64,000 nt of DNA from Minisyncoccota bacterium (GTDB taxonomy: Bacteria; Patescibacteriota; Minisyncoccia; JAHISW01; Tagabacteraceae), in NCBI GenBank assembly GCA_028711505.1, contig JAQTSC010000001.1:56447-120446 (forward strand). The letters run 5' to 3'. Position numbers and translations under genes: made by a program. Positions 1 through 9,306 of the stretch are shown piece after piece; position 1 is the stretch's first letter; every line of letters begins with the position of its first letter. The notes under the pieces were generated by a model that saw nothing but the letters and a program-made list of their open reading frames with translations, was not told where the DNA came from and ran no database searches.

Positions 1-1787
1 GTCGGTTCAGTAAGATCTTCTTTTTCCACGCTTTCGTATTTTTCCAAAAGATTTTTTTCGAAAGGTTCGTAAAATTCTTTTACAATCGGCGGATATTCCG
101 TTTTGCCTTCGGCAATATCGTCCAAATCGCTTTCCATCTTGGCGGTAAAATTTATGTCAACAATTTTAGGAAAATGTTCAACCAAAATTCCGTTTACTTT
201 TTCTCCTATTTCCGTGGGCACGAACCTTTTTTGCTCGTCGCGTTCCACGTAGTTTCTTGTTTCAATCGTTGAAATTATTTGGGCGTAAGTTGAAGGCCGG
301 CCGATGCCGTTTTTTTCAAGCTCTTTGACGATAGAAGCGTCGTTAAATCGCGCCGGCGGCTGAGTTTGGTGCTTGTCCGGAATTATTTCTTTTGCCGAGA
401 TTTTGTCAGTTTTTGAAATTTCGGGAAGAATTTTTTCTTCTGCTTTTACCGGATAAACTTTCAAGAATCCGTCAAATTTGAGTATTGAACCTTTTGATTG
501 AAAAAGATAATTTTTCCCGTCTTCGCCGTTTGCTTCTATCTTTATGTTTGTGTCTTCAAAAACGGCGTTTGCCATTTGGCAGGCGATAAACCTCTGCCAT
601 ATTAAACTGTAAAGTTTGTGCTGAGACGGATTAAGGTCGTTTTTTATGGAATCGGGGGAAAGGTGCGGGTGAGTCGGCCTTATAGCTTCGTGAGCTTCCT
701 GCGCGCCTTTTGATTTTGTTTTGAACCGGCGATATTTTTCCACTCCGTATTTTTCTCCGAAACTATTTTTGATGAAGTCGCTTGCCTGAACCAGCGCGCT
801 TTCGGCGATATTTAAAGAATCCGTTCTCATGTAGGTTATGAGGCCGACATGCCCTCCTTCTTTTTTTAAGTCTATTCCTTCATAAAGCTGTTGGGCGAGC
901 ATCATTGTCCTTTTGGCGGAAAATTTCAGCCGTTGCCATGCCGCTTGCTGCAAGGTGCTTGTGGTAAAAGGAGGCCGAGGAGTTCTTTCAACGGATTTTT
1001 TTTCTATGTCCGTTATTTTGAATTCGCGATTTTTAAGCGCGTCTATTATTCCGTCAACTTCGTCTCCGTCCAAAAATCCCGGCTTGGGAACGGCTTTCTC
1101 GTCTATCTTCACCAAAAATCCCTCAAATTCTTCTTTCTGCCCGTCTTCTTTTTTAAAAATCACTGTTATGAGCCAATAGTCCTGCGGTATGAAATCTTTT
1201 ATTTCTTTCTCGCGTTCCACTATAAGGCGCAGGGCAACAGACTGTACGCGTCCGGCAGAAAGCCCGCGCATCAGTTTTTTCCATAAAAACGGCGAAAGCT
1301 TGTATCCCACGAGCCGGTCTAAAATTCTTCTCGCCTGCTGCGCGTTTACAAGATTTATATCCAATGCGCGCGGATTTTTAAGCGCTTCTTCTATCGCCGA
1401 CTTGGTGATTTCATGAAAGGCGATGCGTTCAATCGTTTTTTGCCCGACTGCCGCCGAAGCGGTTTTTTTACTTTTCTTTTTTTGTTCGTTCAGGTTCAGT
1501 GCCTGAATAAGGTGCCAGGCGATGGCTTCTCCTTCGCGGTCTTCATCGGTTGCCAGTATTACTCTTTCCGCTGTTTTCGCGGCTTTCTTCAAGAGGTTGA
1601 CCTGTTTCTCGCTTTTTTTGGGAATTACGTATTTGGGTTTAAAGTCATTTTCAAGGTCTATCCCCAGGTTTCCTTTTGGCAAATCCCTAACATGCCCGTT
1701 TGACGATTCAACGGTAAAGTCTTTTCCCAAAAACCGGGAGATTGTTTTTGCTTTGGTTGGGCTTTCTACTATAACCAGGTTTTTCAT
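1..1787 (-). CDS. topA: DNA topoisomerase I, N-terminal portion (3' end of the gene runs off the window start)
   Basis: Minus-strand translation from ATG at 1787-1785 gives MKNLVIVESPTKAKTISRFLGKDFTVESSNGHVRDLPK..., the canonical TopA Toprim N-terminus, in one long open frame down to position 1. The + strand ORFs listed at 891-1851 are antisense artefacts. Confidence 0.85.
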   Translation of the reverse strand, partial: MKNLVIVESPTKAKTISRFLGKDFTVESSNGHVRDLPKGNLGIDLENDFKPKYVIPKKSEKQVNLLKKAAKTAERVILATDEDREGEAIAWHLIQALNLNEQKKKSKKTASAAVGQKTIERIAFHEITKSAIEEALKNPRALDINLVNAQQARRILDRLVGYKLSPFLWKKLMRGLSAGRVQSVALRLIVEREKEIKDFIPQDYWLITVIFKKEDGQKEEFEGFLVKIDEKAVPKPGFLDGDEVDGIIDALKNREFKITDIEKKSVERTPRPPFTTSTLQQAAWQRLKFSAKRTMMLAQQLYEGIDLKKEGGHVGLITYMRTDSLNIAESALVQASDFIKNSFGEKYGVEKYRRFKTKSKGAQEAHEAIRPTHPHLSPDSIKNDLNPSQHKLYSLIWQRFIACQMANAVFEDTNIKIEANGEDGKNYLFQSKGSILKFDGFLKVYPVKAEEKILPEISKTDKISAKEIIPDKHQTQPPARFNDASIVKELEKNGIGRPSTYAQIISTIETRNYVERDEQKRFVPTEIGEKVNGILVEHFPKIVDINFTAKMESDLDDIAEGKTEYPPIVKEFYEPFEKNLLEKYESVEKEDLTEP

Positions 1788-1788
1788 T

Positions 1789-2853
1789 TTATTTTTTGTA
1801 AATTTTTCCTCCGTTTTCTTTTATAAGCCCTTTTATTTCCATTTGCATTAAGATAGCCATAACTTCTTTTGCTGTCAAATCGGACTCTTTTATTATTTCG
1901 TCGCGAGCTTTCGGTTCCGACAAAAGGAATATTATTTTTTCTTCATCGGATGAAAGGTTTAACCCTCCGTTTTTTTCTTCGGATTTTTCTTCAAGCCCCA
2001 AGGCAAAAATAGCGTCTTTTGCTTCTGTTACGGGCACCGCGCCCATTTTTATCAAAAGATTGGGTCCTTTCGAATTTTCGCTGAAAATGGAACCGGGCAC
2101 GGCCATAACTTCTTTTCCGTATTCCAGAGCAATGTAAGCCGTTATCATCGCCCCGCTTTTTTCCGGCGCGTCTGTAACAAGAATTCCTTTTGAAAGCCCC
2201 GCCACTATTCTGTTTCTTCTTGGAAATGTGTATTTGGCCGCGCGCATTTTTAAAGGATATTCGGAAACAAGACTTCCTCCTTTTTCAAGTATCTCTTTTG
2301 CCAGACCGAAATTCGCTCTCGGGTATATGACGCTGTCGGAAAGCCCGCATCCCAAGACAGCTGTTGTTTTGAGCCCGTTTTCCATGGCGGCTTTATGAGC
2401 GATAGCGTCTATCCCGAGCGCCAAGCCGCTTACTATATTTATATCAAAACCGTTGAACCCGTGTATTATTTTTTCCGTTGCCTGTTGTCCGTATGAAGAA
2501 AATTTTCTGGTGCCGACAACCGCTAGCAAAATTTGTTTTTCGCCGGGCAGATTTCCTTTTAAATAAAGCATCTGAGGTTCGGGGAAAGTTTCCTTTAAAG
2601 AAGAAGGGAATTCGTCTTCAAGAAGAATTTTAACATCTTCTTTTTCAAGAAACTCGAATTCTTTTTCGGGATTGACGCCTTCTCTGAAATCTTTGAGCGA
2701 TTCGGTTTCTCCGGCGGTTTTTATTTTTGAAAATTCCGCTTTCCATGCTTTTTCAAAAGAACCGAAACTTTTTTTGATTTTTTTCAGAGAAACGGCATCT
2801 AGCTGCGGTGATTGATTGAAAGCGTTGGCGAAGATTTTTTCCGTTTCGTTCAT
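1789..2853 (-). CDS. dprA: DNA-processing protein DprA (Smf)
   Basis: 354 aa with the DprA Rossmann-like core (LAVVGTRKFSSYG...GIDAIAHKAA...VLGCGLD...VSEYP...RNRIVAGLS). Its stop lies 2 nt from the topA start codon, the conserved smf-topA arrangement. Confidence 0.85.
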   Translation of the reverse strand: MNETEKIFANAFNQSPQLDAVSLKKIKKSFGSFEKAWKAEFSKIKTAGETESLKDFREGVNPEKEFEFLEKEDVKILLEDEFPSSLKETFPEPQMLYLKGNLPGEKQILLAVVGTRKFSSYGQQATEKIIHGFNGFDINIVSGLALGIDAIAHKAAMENGLKTTAVLGCGLSDSVIYPRANFGLAKEILEKGGSLVSEYPLKMRAAKYTFPRRNRIVAGLSKGILVTDAPEKSGAMITAYIALEYGKEVMAVPGSIFSENSKGPNLLIKMGAVPVTEAKDAIFALGLEEKSEEKNGGLNLSSDEEKIIFLLSEPKARDEIIKESDLTAKEVMAILMQMEIKGLIKENGGKIYKK

Positions 2854-3069
2854 CTGCGTATGCTCTTTATTTTATAGTATGGAAAATCGCTGTCAAAATT
2901 TTTTGATAATTTTGATTTGATTTTTTTGACTGCTCTGCCTTTTTTTGTTTTTTCATTATTAAGGGGGATTTTTTTGAGTTCACCTAATGGGGTCGAAATA
3001 GAAACAGGGGAAGTATAAAATTTTTATTGCAGATGAAAAAATAGAAAAGGAGAGCGAAGTTTTTTAACC

Positions 3070-3099
3070 TTGACAACTCTTAGATAAGCGTGCTATTTT
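3070..3099 (+). promoter_or_regulatory. Candidate sigma70-type promoter (TTGACA, 17-18 nt spacer, TGcTATTTT extended -10-like)
   Basis: TTGACA at 3070-3075; TG plus TATTTT about 18 nt downstream; lies upstream of the 3166 gene. Confidence 0.35.
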
Positions 3100-3165
3100 G
3101 TGGTTAGAAAAAAAGGTCAAAAAGACCATTGAAAATAAACTTTTTGAGGAAGGGAGGTGGTTTGG

Positions 3166-4371
3166 ATGAAGCGTCAGTCGTCTACGTCTTTCGGGATGTG
3201 GCTTTCGCTTGTCGGAGTTTTTGCGGTTTTGGCATGCCTTTCTTTTGCTCAGGGGTGCACTACCCTTTTAACAGAGAAAGGCCGCGAGGAACGTGATTTG
3301 AATCTGAATTATAAAAAGGTGTTTGTCGCGGACGCCGGGATGAAAGCCTATTTCAACTGCCGTAAGGCGGGTGGAAGCAAGGAATTTTGCGAGGTTCGTT
3401 ACGGTGTCTATGATGACGGCGAAGGCGGATTTTTGCCGGACGCTGAAGGTTCATATAAGTCAACTTATTCACCGGTTTCTGGCGGTTCGGTAAATTCGGT
3501 AAACCATGTTTCCAGTCGCGCGGATATTCCCCCGGTAGAAAAACGCCACTATTTAAATATCGGCGGCGATCCAGTAAATCGTTATCGGAAACTTGGTGCG
3601 GATGAGACTTTAAGTTCTCTTCCTTATGACACCGAGGTTGTTTTAGAAGGTCGGAACAGAAATTCTACCGGGTGGATACGAGGCGGAACACCGGCTGTTT
3701 ATGGGCCGGATGGAAAACTACGCTGGATAAAAGCGTGCGGAAATGATGTTTTAAAAATTTTGCGGGATGCGCGGCCTTTGTCCGAACAAACCCCTGTCGT
3801 TGCAACAAAAAGAGAGGATGAAAGCAAAACTGTTTATAATCCTCCGTTCCAGTTTTTGCCGATGCCGAACCTTGGTATGGCATATCTGGATGCGCCGAGA
3901 GGAACGTGGCAAGGCAATTTGTGGGAGATGGTACCGAGAACTTACTTGGGCGCAAGCGCCAATTGGGTTTTTGGTTTGCCTGACACCAACTTCAACACTT
4001 CCGTGAACACTCAGACGGGTGTCGGAGTTAGCGCAACGGGAAGCGGCGCGGGAGCAGGCGGCGGAACAACAACGTCCGCGCCCACAACAACCACAAATAC
4101 CACTTCCAGTTCCAACTCCGGATATTCAAGCTCCAATACCAGTACTTATTATTATCAGTCGCTTCCAGGGCAAACTTCTGTCGTGGCAGGTGGCGGTCCG
4201 GTTGGCGGAGCTCCGGGAAATGCCGGTTCTGGCGCCGGAGCTCCGATTGGAGGCGCTCCTACTGTTATTGTAACAACGCCTTCCTCCGGGGTAGCAATTG
4301 GCGCCGGCGGTGCTGGCGGCGGTTTTGGTGGAACTGGCGTCGGCGGACCTGTTGGCGGCAATGCTCCTTAA
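3166..4371 (+). CDS. Secreted putative lipoprotein with a C-terminal Gly/Ala/Ser/Thr-rich low-complexity tail
   Basis: N-terminal signal peptide ending in the lipobox-like LSFAQGC. RBS GGGAGG sits 8 nt before ATG 3166 (the ORF track starts at an upstream GTG at 3157). The C-terminal ~130 aa are GAGAGGGTTTSAPTTTT... low complexity. The gene is visibly GC-richer than its neighbours. No catalytic motif recognised. Confidence 0.6.
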   Translation: MKRQSSTSFGMWLSLVGVFAVLACLSFAQGCTTLLTEKGREERDLNLNYKKVFVADAGMKAYFNCRKAGGSKEFCEVRYGVYDDGEGGFLPDAEGSYKSTYSPVSGGSVNSVNHVSSRADIPPVEKRHYLNIGGDPVNRYRKLGADETLSSLPYDTEVVLEGRNRNSTGWIRGGTPAVYGPDGKLRWIKACGNDVLKILRDARPLSEQTPVVATKREDESKTVYNPPFQFLPMPNLGMAYLDAPRGTWQGNLWEMVPRTYLGASANWVFGLPDTNFNTSVNTQTGVGVSATGSGAGAGGGTTTSAPTTTTNTTSSSNSGYSSSNTSTYYYQSLPGQTSVVAGGGPVGGAPGNAGSGAGAPIGGAPTVIVTTPSSGVAIGAGGAGGGFGGTGVGGPVGGNAP

Positions 4372-4394
4372 AAAGTTTTTTCAATAAACAATTT

Positions 4395-4442
4395 CGCGAG
4401 GAAAGTCTGGAAAACTTTCCTCGCGCGCATTCTTGAATTTTT
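4395..4442 (+). terminator. Hairpin terminator-like element (GCGAGGAAAGT...ACTTTCCTCGC)
   Basis: 11-bp stem directly after the 4371 stop; weak T-tract. Confidence 0.45.
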
Positions 4443-4504
4443 AAATGCTTTGGCGTTTGAAGGTTCAAACATGCGATATCAAAATTAAATATAAAAAAAC
4501 GAAT

Positions 4505-5962
4505 ATGAAAAAAATAATATTAAAAACAATAGTGCTATCTGTCGTCGCTTTAACAACGGTTGCCATGTTTTCGCCCGGTGCTTTTGCTGCGACTTTTAAC
4601 ACCGACCCTGCCGATTATCAAACCTTAAGAGTCGGCAATGTCACCAAACAGCCCGGGACTACAAGTTCTGGCTGGGGTACTTCTATTACCGCTACTCCCG
4701 GCGACATAATCGCAGTGGCTGTTTATTATCACAATACTTCTTTGGAAACGGCAAAAGACGTGAGGGTAAAAATTACTCCCAAAAATGACGCGGAAGGAAT
4801 AAACCATGTAATTCGCGCGGAGGTATGGTCTGAAAATACCCCGATAGCTTCGGGAAGCGTTAGCATTTCTTTGTCGGAACCTCGCTCTCTTGACTATATC
4901 GAAGGTTCTGCTACTTGGAGGCCGAACCAGACTACTTACGGTTCTTCGGAGTTTCCTTTTGGTCAGGAAAAATATCATATCTTTACTACGAGCGGAATAA
5001 GAATCGGCGATATAGCCCCGGGGTGGTCCAGCCAAGGAAATGTGGTCGTTTCTTTTAAAGTGAATGAAAACGGGGGTTCGGTTTCGGGCTCAAAATTTTT
5101 ATCTGTCGTGTCTTTGTCCCCGGATTCTGTCGGGCTTTATGACGCGACATTGAAAGGTTCTGTCGCTTCAAATGATACCGTTTCTGTTTCAACTTGGTTT
5201 GAATGGGGAACATCAGTCGCGCTTGGCAATAAAACCGGCGTAAAAGCTGTTTCTTTGCCGAATCGCTCTTCTTCTTTTACCGGTTACGTTTCCGGTCTTT
5301 TGCCAAACACTCTTTATTACTATCGCGCAGTCGCGAGTTCGGCTTCTGCCACAAATTATGGGCAGATATTGAGTTTTAAAACCGGATCCGGCGCCGCTAC
5401 CGCTGTTGGGAAAGAAATTTCTGTCGTAAAATCCGTTGAAAACATTACGTCTCCGAACGGAACGCAAGACGAAGTTTCGGCTTTAAGGGGCGATGTTTTA
5501 AGATTTACCTTTACTTTAAAAAATAACGGAAGCGAAACTTTGAAAAACATCGAAGTAAGAGATTTGGTCTCCGAATATCTTAAATTGGTAAGCAATGATA
5601 GCGGAAATACGGATTGCGGAATTCAGAAAAAAGTCGTCTGGAAAATAGGAGAATTGAATGCGGGAGACGAAAAGAAAATTTCTCTTGATACCGTTGTTTG
5701 TTCCGAGGCTCCCTATGATGAATCCATAAAAAATGGCGGGGATACTGCCGTTGTCGAAGCTGACGGAATATTGCGTTCTTCAAACGAAACTTTTGTGAAG
5801 GTTTTTGAAGAAAGAAATTTCGGAGCCATCGGCGCGATTGCCGGACTTGGTTTTTCTTTTTCCAAATGGGCGTTGGTTTTCGGAATGCTGGTTTTGATTC
5901 TGGCGATATTTTATTGCGCGTCCAGGTTTTTAAAGGAAAGAAATTTTCAATCCGTAAAATAA
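4505..5962 (+). CDS. Cell-surface protein: signal peptide, Fn3-like and DUF11-like repeat domains, C-terminal hydrophobic anchor
   Basis: Start taken at the MKKIILKTIVLSVVALTTVAMFSPGAFA signal peptide (ATG 4505). Mid-region TLYYYRAVASSASATNYGQILSFKT is Fn3-like. VRDLVSEYLKLVSNDSGNTDC... resembles the conserved DUF11 repeat. The C-terminus is a hydrophobic anchor followed by positive residues (ALVFGMLVLILAIFYCASRFLKER). Confidence 0.6.
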   Translation: MKKIILKTIVLSVVALTTVAMFSPGAFAATFNTDPADYQTLRVGNVTKQPGTTSSGWGTSITATPGDIIAVAVYYHNTSLETAKDVRVKITPKNDAEGINHVIRAEVWSENTPIASGSVSISLSEPRSLDYIEGSATWRPNQTTYGSSEFPFGQEKYHIFTTSGIRIGDIAPGWSSQGNVVVSFKVNENGGSVSGSKFLSVVSLSPDSVGLYDATLKGSVASNDTVSVSTWFEWGTSVALGNKTGVKAVSLPNRSSSFTGYVSGLLPNTLYYYRAVASSASATNYGQILSFKTGSGAATAVGKEISVVKSVENITSPNGTQDEVSALRGDVLRFTFTLKNNGSETLKNIEVRDLVSEYLKLVSNDSGNTDCGIQKKVVWKIGELNAGDEKKISLDTVVCSEAPYDESIKNGGDTAVVEADGILRSSNETFVKVFEERNFGAIGAIAGLGFSFSKWALVFGMLVLILAIFYCASRFLKERNFQSVK

Positions 5963-5997
5963 TTCAGTTTTAGAAATTGTTTGTCGCGTAATTTTTA

Positions 5998-6036
5998 GCC
6001 CGCCGCCGTTTAAACGGCGGCGGACTTTTGTTTTTG
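5998..6036 (+). terminator. Rho-independent terminator
   Basis: GCCCGCCGCCG-TTTAAA-CGGCGGCGG stem followed by TTTTGTTTTT. Confidence 0.8.
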
Positions 6037-6069
6037 CCAACTTTTGCTTGTTTTGTTATCATAAATTCA

Positions 6070-7335
6070 ATGCTGGATATAAAATTTATTCGTGAGAACC
6101 GAGAGCTTGTAAAAGAGGCTGCAAGAAAAAAACGTATCAATTTCAATGTTGACCGGCTTTTGGAATTGGATGAGGCCCGCCGCAAACTTCTTCAGGAAAC
6201 GGAAACCATGAAAGCGGAGCAAAACATCCGTTCGGAAAGAGTGTCTAAAATTACCGACGAATCGGAAAAACAAAAGCTTATAAGCGAACTTAAAATTTTA
6301 AAAGATAAATTTGCCGCCGGCGAAAAAAATCTAAATGATTTGACGGAAAAATGGCAAAATTTGATGTTTGAAGCTCCGAATATTCCTGATTTGTCCGTTC
6401 CCGAAGGAGAAAGCGATTTGGATAACAAAGAGATAAGAAGGTGGGGAAAAATTCCGTTTTTTGATTTTACTCCCAAAAACCATTTGGAAATTTTAAAGAC
6501 ATTCGACCTTGCCGATTTTGAACGCGGGTCCAAGGTTTCCGGTTTTCGCGGATATTTTTTGAAAAACGAAGGAGCGCTTCTTGATTTCGCGATATGGCAA
6601 TTTGTTTTTGACGAGATGGTTCAAAACGGATTTGTTCCGTTCCTCGCGCCGTCTCTAGTAAAAGAAGAAAGTTTTTTAGGCACGGGCTGGCTTCCGCAGG
6701 GTAAAGATGAAGTTTATCAAACGCAAGATAATCTTTATTTGGCAGGCACGGCAGAAGTGCCGATGATGGGCTATCATGCCGGGGAAATTTTAATAGAAGA
6801 AGAGCTTCCCAAAAAATACGTGGCTCTTTCCCCGTGTTTCAGGCGGGAGGCGGGAAGTTATGGAAAAGATGTCAAAGGGCTTTACCGCGTCCATGAATTC
6901 ATGAAAGTGGAACAGATTGTTTTGTGTAAAGCGGATCACCAGGAATCCGTAAAGTGGCATGAGGAAATAACTCAAAACTCCGAGCGTATTATGCAGAAAC
7001 TCGGAATACCTTACAGAGTGGTGGTAAATTGCGGGGCTGATTTGGGCCTGGGGCAGGTAAAAAAATACGATATAGAAGGGTGGGTGGCTTCGGAGAAAAA
7101 ATACAGAGAAACTCATTCGGCTTCTTATTTTCATGATTTTCAGACAAGAAGGCTGAATATGCGTTATCGTTCAAAAGACGGCAAAATTTATTTCGTTCAC
7201 TCGTTAAACAATACCGTTATAGCCACACCGCGAATTTTGATTTCCATTCTTGAAAACAATCAGCAAAAAGACGGCTCAATTATAATTCCCGAACCGCTGA
7301 GAAAATACATGGGAAAGGACAGGATTTTCAGATAA
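6070..7335 (+). CDS. serS: Seryl-tRNA synthetase
   Basis: MLDIKFIRENRELVKEAARKKRINFNVDRLLELDEARRKLL... coiled-coil N-arm followed by a class II catalytic core (FRREAGSYGKD..., GLYRVHEF...). Start chosen at ATG 6070, the conserved SerS N-terminus. Confidence 0.9.
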   Translation: MLDIKFIRENRELVKEAARKKRINFNVDRLLELDEARRKLLQETETMKAEQNIRSERVSKITDESEKQKLISELKILKDKFAAGEKNLNDLTEKWQNLMFEAPNIPDLSVPEGESDLDNKEIRRWGKIPFFDFTPKNHLEILKTFDLADFERGSKVSGFRGYFLKNEGALLDFAIWQFVFDEMVQNGFVPFLAPSLVKEESFLGTGWLPQGKDEVYQTQDNLYLAGTAEVPMMGYHAGEILIEEELPKKYVALSPCFRREAGSYGKDVKGLYRVHEFMKVEQIVLCKADHQESVKWHEEITQNSERIMQKLGIPYRVVVNCGADLGLGQVKKYDIEGWVASEKKYRETHSASYFHDFQTRRLNMRYRSKDGKIYFVHSLNNTVIATPRILISILENNQQKDGSIIIPEPLRKYMGKDRIFR

Positions 7336-7417
7336 ATTCGGCCTCGTTTGATGAGCGTTTTATAAGACATACTTGATTGTTTATGGCGTACCTTCTCCTT
7401 CGTTTTAATTTTCGTTT

Positions 7418-8233
7418 ATGTCTTCCACACCAGGAATTTTGGCTTCAAGAAAAAGGGCAAAAAGGAAGAAACTTTTTCTTCGTCTTGCCCTTTTGTCGTT
7501 TTCGGCTTTTTCGATAATTTTTGCCGCCGCATTTTTCTTTTTTAGGGCGGAAAAATTTAGGATAACCGAAATAAAAATAAGCGGCCTTGAAAATATTTCA
7601 GAGGAAGAAATAAGAAAGGAGGCGGAATCTTTTCTGTCGGCGAACATACTGAAAGTTTTTCCGGCGAATAATTTCTTCCTCTTTTCGGAGAAAAAAACGC
7701 AGGATAAATTTCTTGCCAAATTTACCCGAGCCGTCTCGGTTTCAGTAGAAAAAGATTATCCTTCGTCGCTCAGTATAAACATAGAAGAAAGGTCTCCTGT
7801 CGCGTTATTTTGCGAGGCAGGGGGCAAAGAATGTTTTTTTGCGGATAACACCGGCTATATTTTTGAAAAAGCGCCGTTTTTTTCAGCCGGAGTCTTTTTG
7901 AAATTTTTCGACGAGAGAACGGCGGAAAATTTATCGGTAGGCAAGACTTTGCTGGAGAGAGAAGAATTTGAAAAGATGATTGGTTTCGCGAGACGAATTT
8001 CAAATTCGGTTTTTCCGATTTGCGAAATACATTTTGTTAAAGACGGCGTCTGTGAATTTTGGGACGAAGACGGAGTGAAAATTATAATTAACGAGAAAGA
8101 CGATTTTAATTTGATTTTTGCCAATTTGGAAACGGCTTTTTCTGAAATTTTTGAAAAAGAAAAAAAGACGGCGAAGGATGCCGAGTATATAGACTTGCGT
8201 TTTGGCAATAAAGTTTTTTTCAAATGGAAATAA
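7418..8233 (+). CDS. ftsQ: Cell division protein FtsQ/DivIB-like (TM anchor, POTRA and beta domains)
   Basis: N-terminal TM helix, then a POTRA-like segment (FRITEIKISGLENISEEEIRKEAESFL) and an FtsQ beta-domain pattern (LSINIEERSPVALFCEAGGKECFFADNTGYIF). Not located in a dcw cluster. Confidence 0.55.
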   Translation: MSSTPGILASRKRAKRKKLFLRLALLSFSAFSIIFAAAFFFFRAEKFRITEIKISGLENISEEEIRKEAESFLSANILKVFPANNFFLFSEKKTQDKFLAKFTRAVSVSVEKDYPSSLSINIEERSPVALFCEAGGKECFFADNTGYIFEKAPFFSAGVFLKFFDERTAENLSVGKTLLEREEFEKMIGFARRISNSVFPICEIHFVKDGVCEFWDEDGVKIIINEKDDFNLIFANLETAFSEIFEKEKKTAKDAEYIDLRFGNKVFFKWK

Positions 8234-9249
8234 AAAAAACAAAAAAAGCGGTTTGGTCTTTAGCGGCTTTGTCCGTCGGTTTTTTAGTCCCCATGGTTTT
8301 TTTCAGCGCCATGGAAAAGCCTGCCGCTGAATTTTTGGCCGGCAGGGTACTTTCGGGATTTTCAAACAATATCGCTGCTTCTCCGGTTTTGACTCCTAAA
8401 GAGCCGTTTCTTTTGGTTTTTGTCGGCGATATAATGCTGGATAGAGGAGTTGAAAATTCGGTTTTCAAAAATGCTTCCGGAGATTTTTCCTTTCTTTTTG
8501 AAAAAGCGGGATTTTTAAAAGAGGCTGATGTCCTTTTTGGCAACCTTGAAGGAAGTGTTTCTGTTTCAGGTTCTGACCAGGGAAGCGAAATTTCTTTCCG
8601 TTTTTCTCCGGCAGTCCTTCTGGCTTTAAAATCCGCGGGTTTTGATGCCGTTTCCGTGGCGAACAATCACGCGGCTGATTGGGGCAAGGAGGCGTTTTCC
8701 GAAAGTGTCAGACTTTTGAAAAATTTTGATATTTTGCCCGTAGGAGGAGGAGAAGATAAAGATGACGCGCAAAGACCGCGAATAGTGGAATATAACGGAA
8801 CCAAAATCGGATTTCTGGGTTTTAGCGATGTCGGGCCGAAATGGCTTGAAGCCGGAGAAAACAAAGAGGGCATTTTGAATGTTTCTGACGATTTTTCTTC
8901 GGTCATAAAAAAGGCTTCCGAGCAAGCCGATGTACTGGTTGTTTCTTTTCATTTTGGCGAGGAATATGAACCGGCGGCAAACGAGAGGCAGAAAATTTTA
9001 TCAAAAACCGCGATTGATTCCGGAGCGAAAATCGTTATCGGTCATCACCCTCACGTGATGCAGGAATTTGAAGATTACAATGGCGGGCTGATAGCTTACA
9101 GCTTGGGAAATTTTATTTTTGACCAGAACTTTTCAGACGAAACAATGAGCGGCGCCGCTCTCGCTGTTTATATTGAAGGGAAAGAGATTACGGCTGTTAA
9201 AAAAATAGGCGTGAATATAGACCAGACCTTTCGTCCGGAGGAGAGATAG
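8224..9249 (+). CDS. CapA/PgsA-family metallophosphoesterase (poly-gamma-glutamate/capsule synthesis family)
   Basis: Signal/TM N-terminus and CapA hallmark segments (FVGDIMLDRG, ANNHAADWG, IGHHPHVMQEFE, YSLGNFIFDQ). Overlaps the ftsQ-like stop by 10 nt. Confidence 0.75.
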   Translation: MEIKKTKKAVWSLAALSVGFLVPMVFFSAMEKPAAEFLAGRVLSGFSNNIAASPVLTPKEPFLLVFVGDIMLDRGVENSVFKNASGDFSFLFEKAGFLKEADVLFGNLEGSVSVSGSDQGSEISFRFSPAVLLALKSAGFDAVSVANNHAADWGKEAFSESVRLLKNFDILPVGGGEDKDDAQRPRIVEYNGTKIGFLGFSDVGPKWLEAGENKEGILNVSDDFSSVIKKASEQADVLVVSFHFGEEYEPAANERQKILSKTAIDSGAKIVIGHHPHVMQEFEDYNGGLIAYSLGNFIFDQNFSDETMSGAALAVYIEGKEITAVKKIGVNIDQTFRPEER

Positions 9250-9257
9250 AACAAAAA

Positions 9258-9305
9258 CTAAGACCGCCCCGGCAAGATGCCGGGGCGGTCTTAGTTTAGA
9301 TTTTT
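9258..9305. terminator. Bidirectional rho-independent terminator between convergent genes
   Basis: Perfect 15-bp stem CTAAGACCGCCCCGG...CCGGGGCGGTCTTAG with T-rich flanks on both strands. Confidence 0.8.
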
Positions 9306-9306
9306 G

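Noticed and set aside
891-1851. Several 75-131 aa + strand ORFs in the track
   Set aside because: They lie antisense to the long minus-strand topA frame, which has an unmistakable TopA N-terminus; their translations are low-complexity junk.
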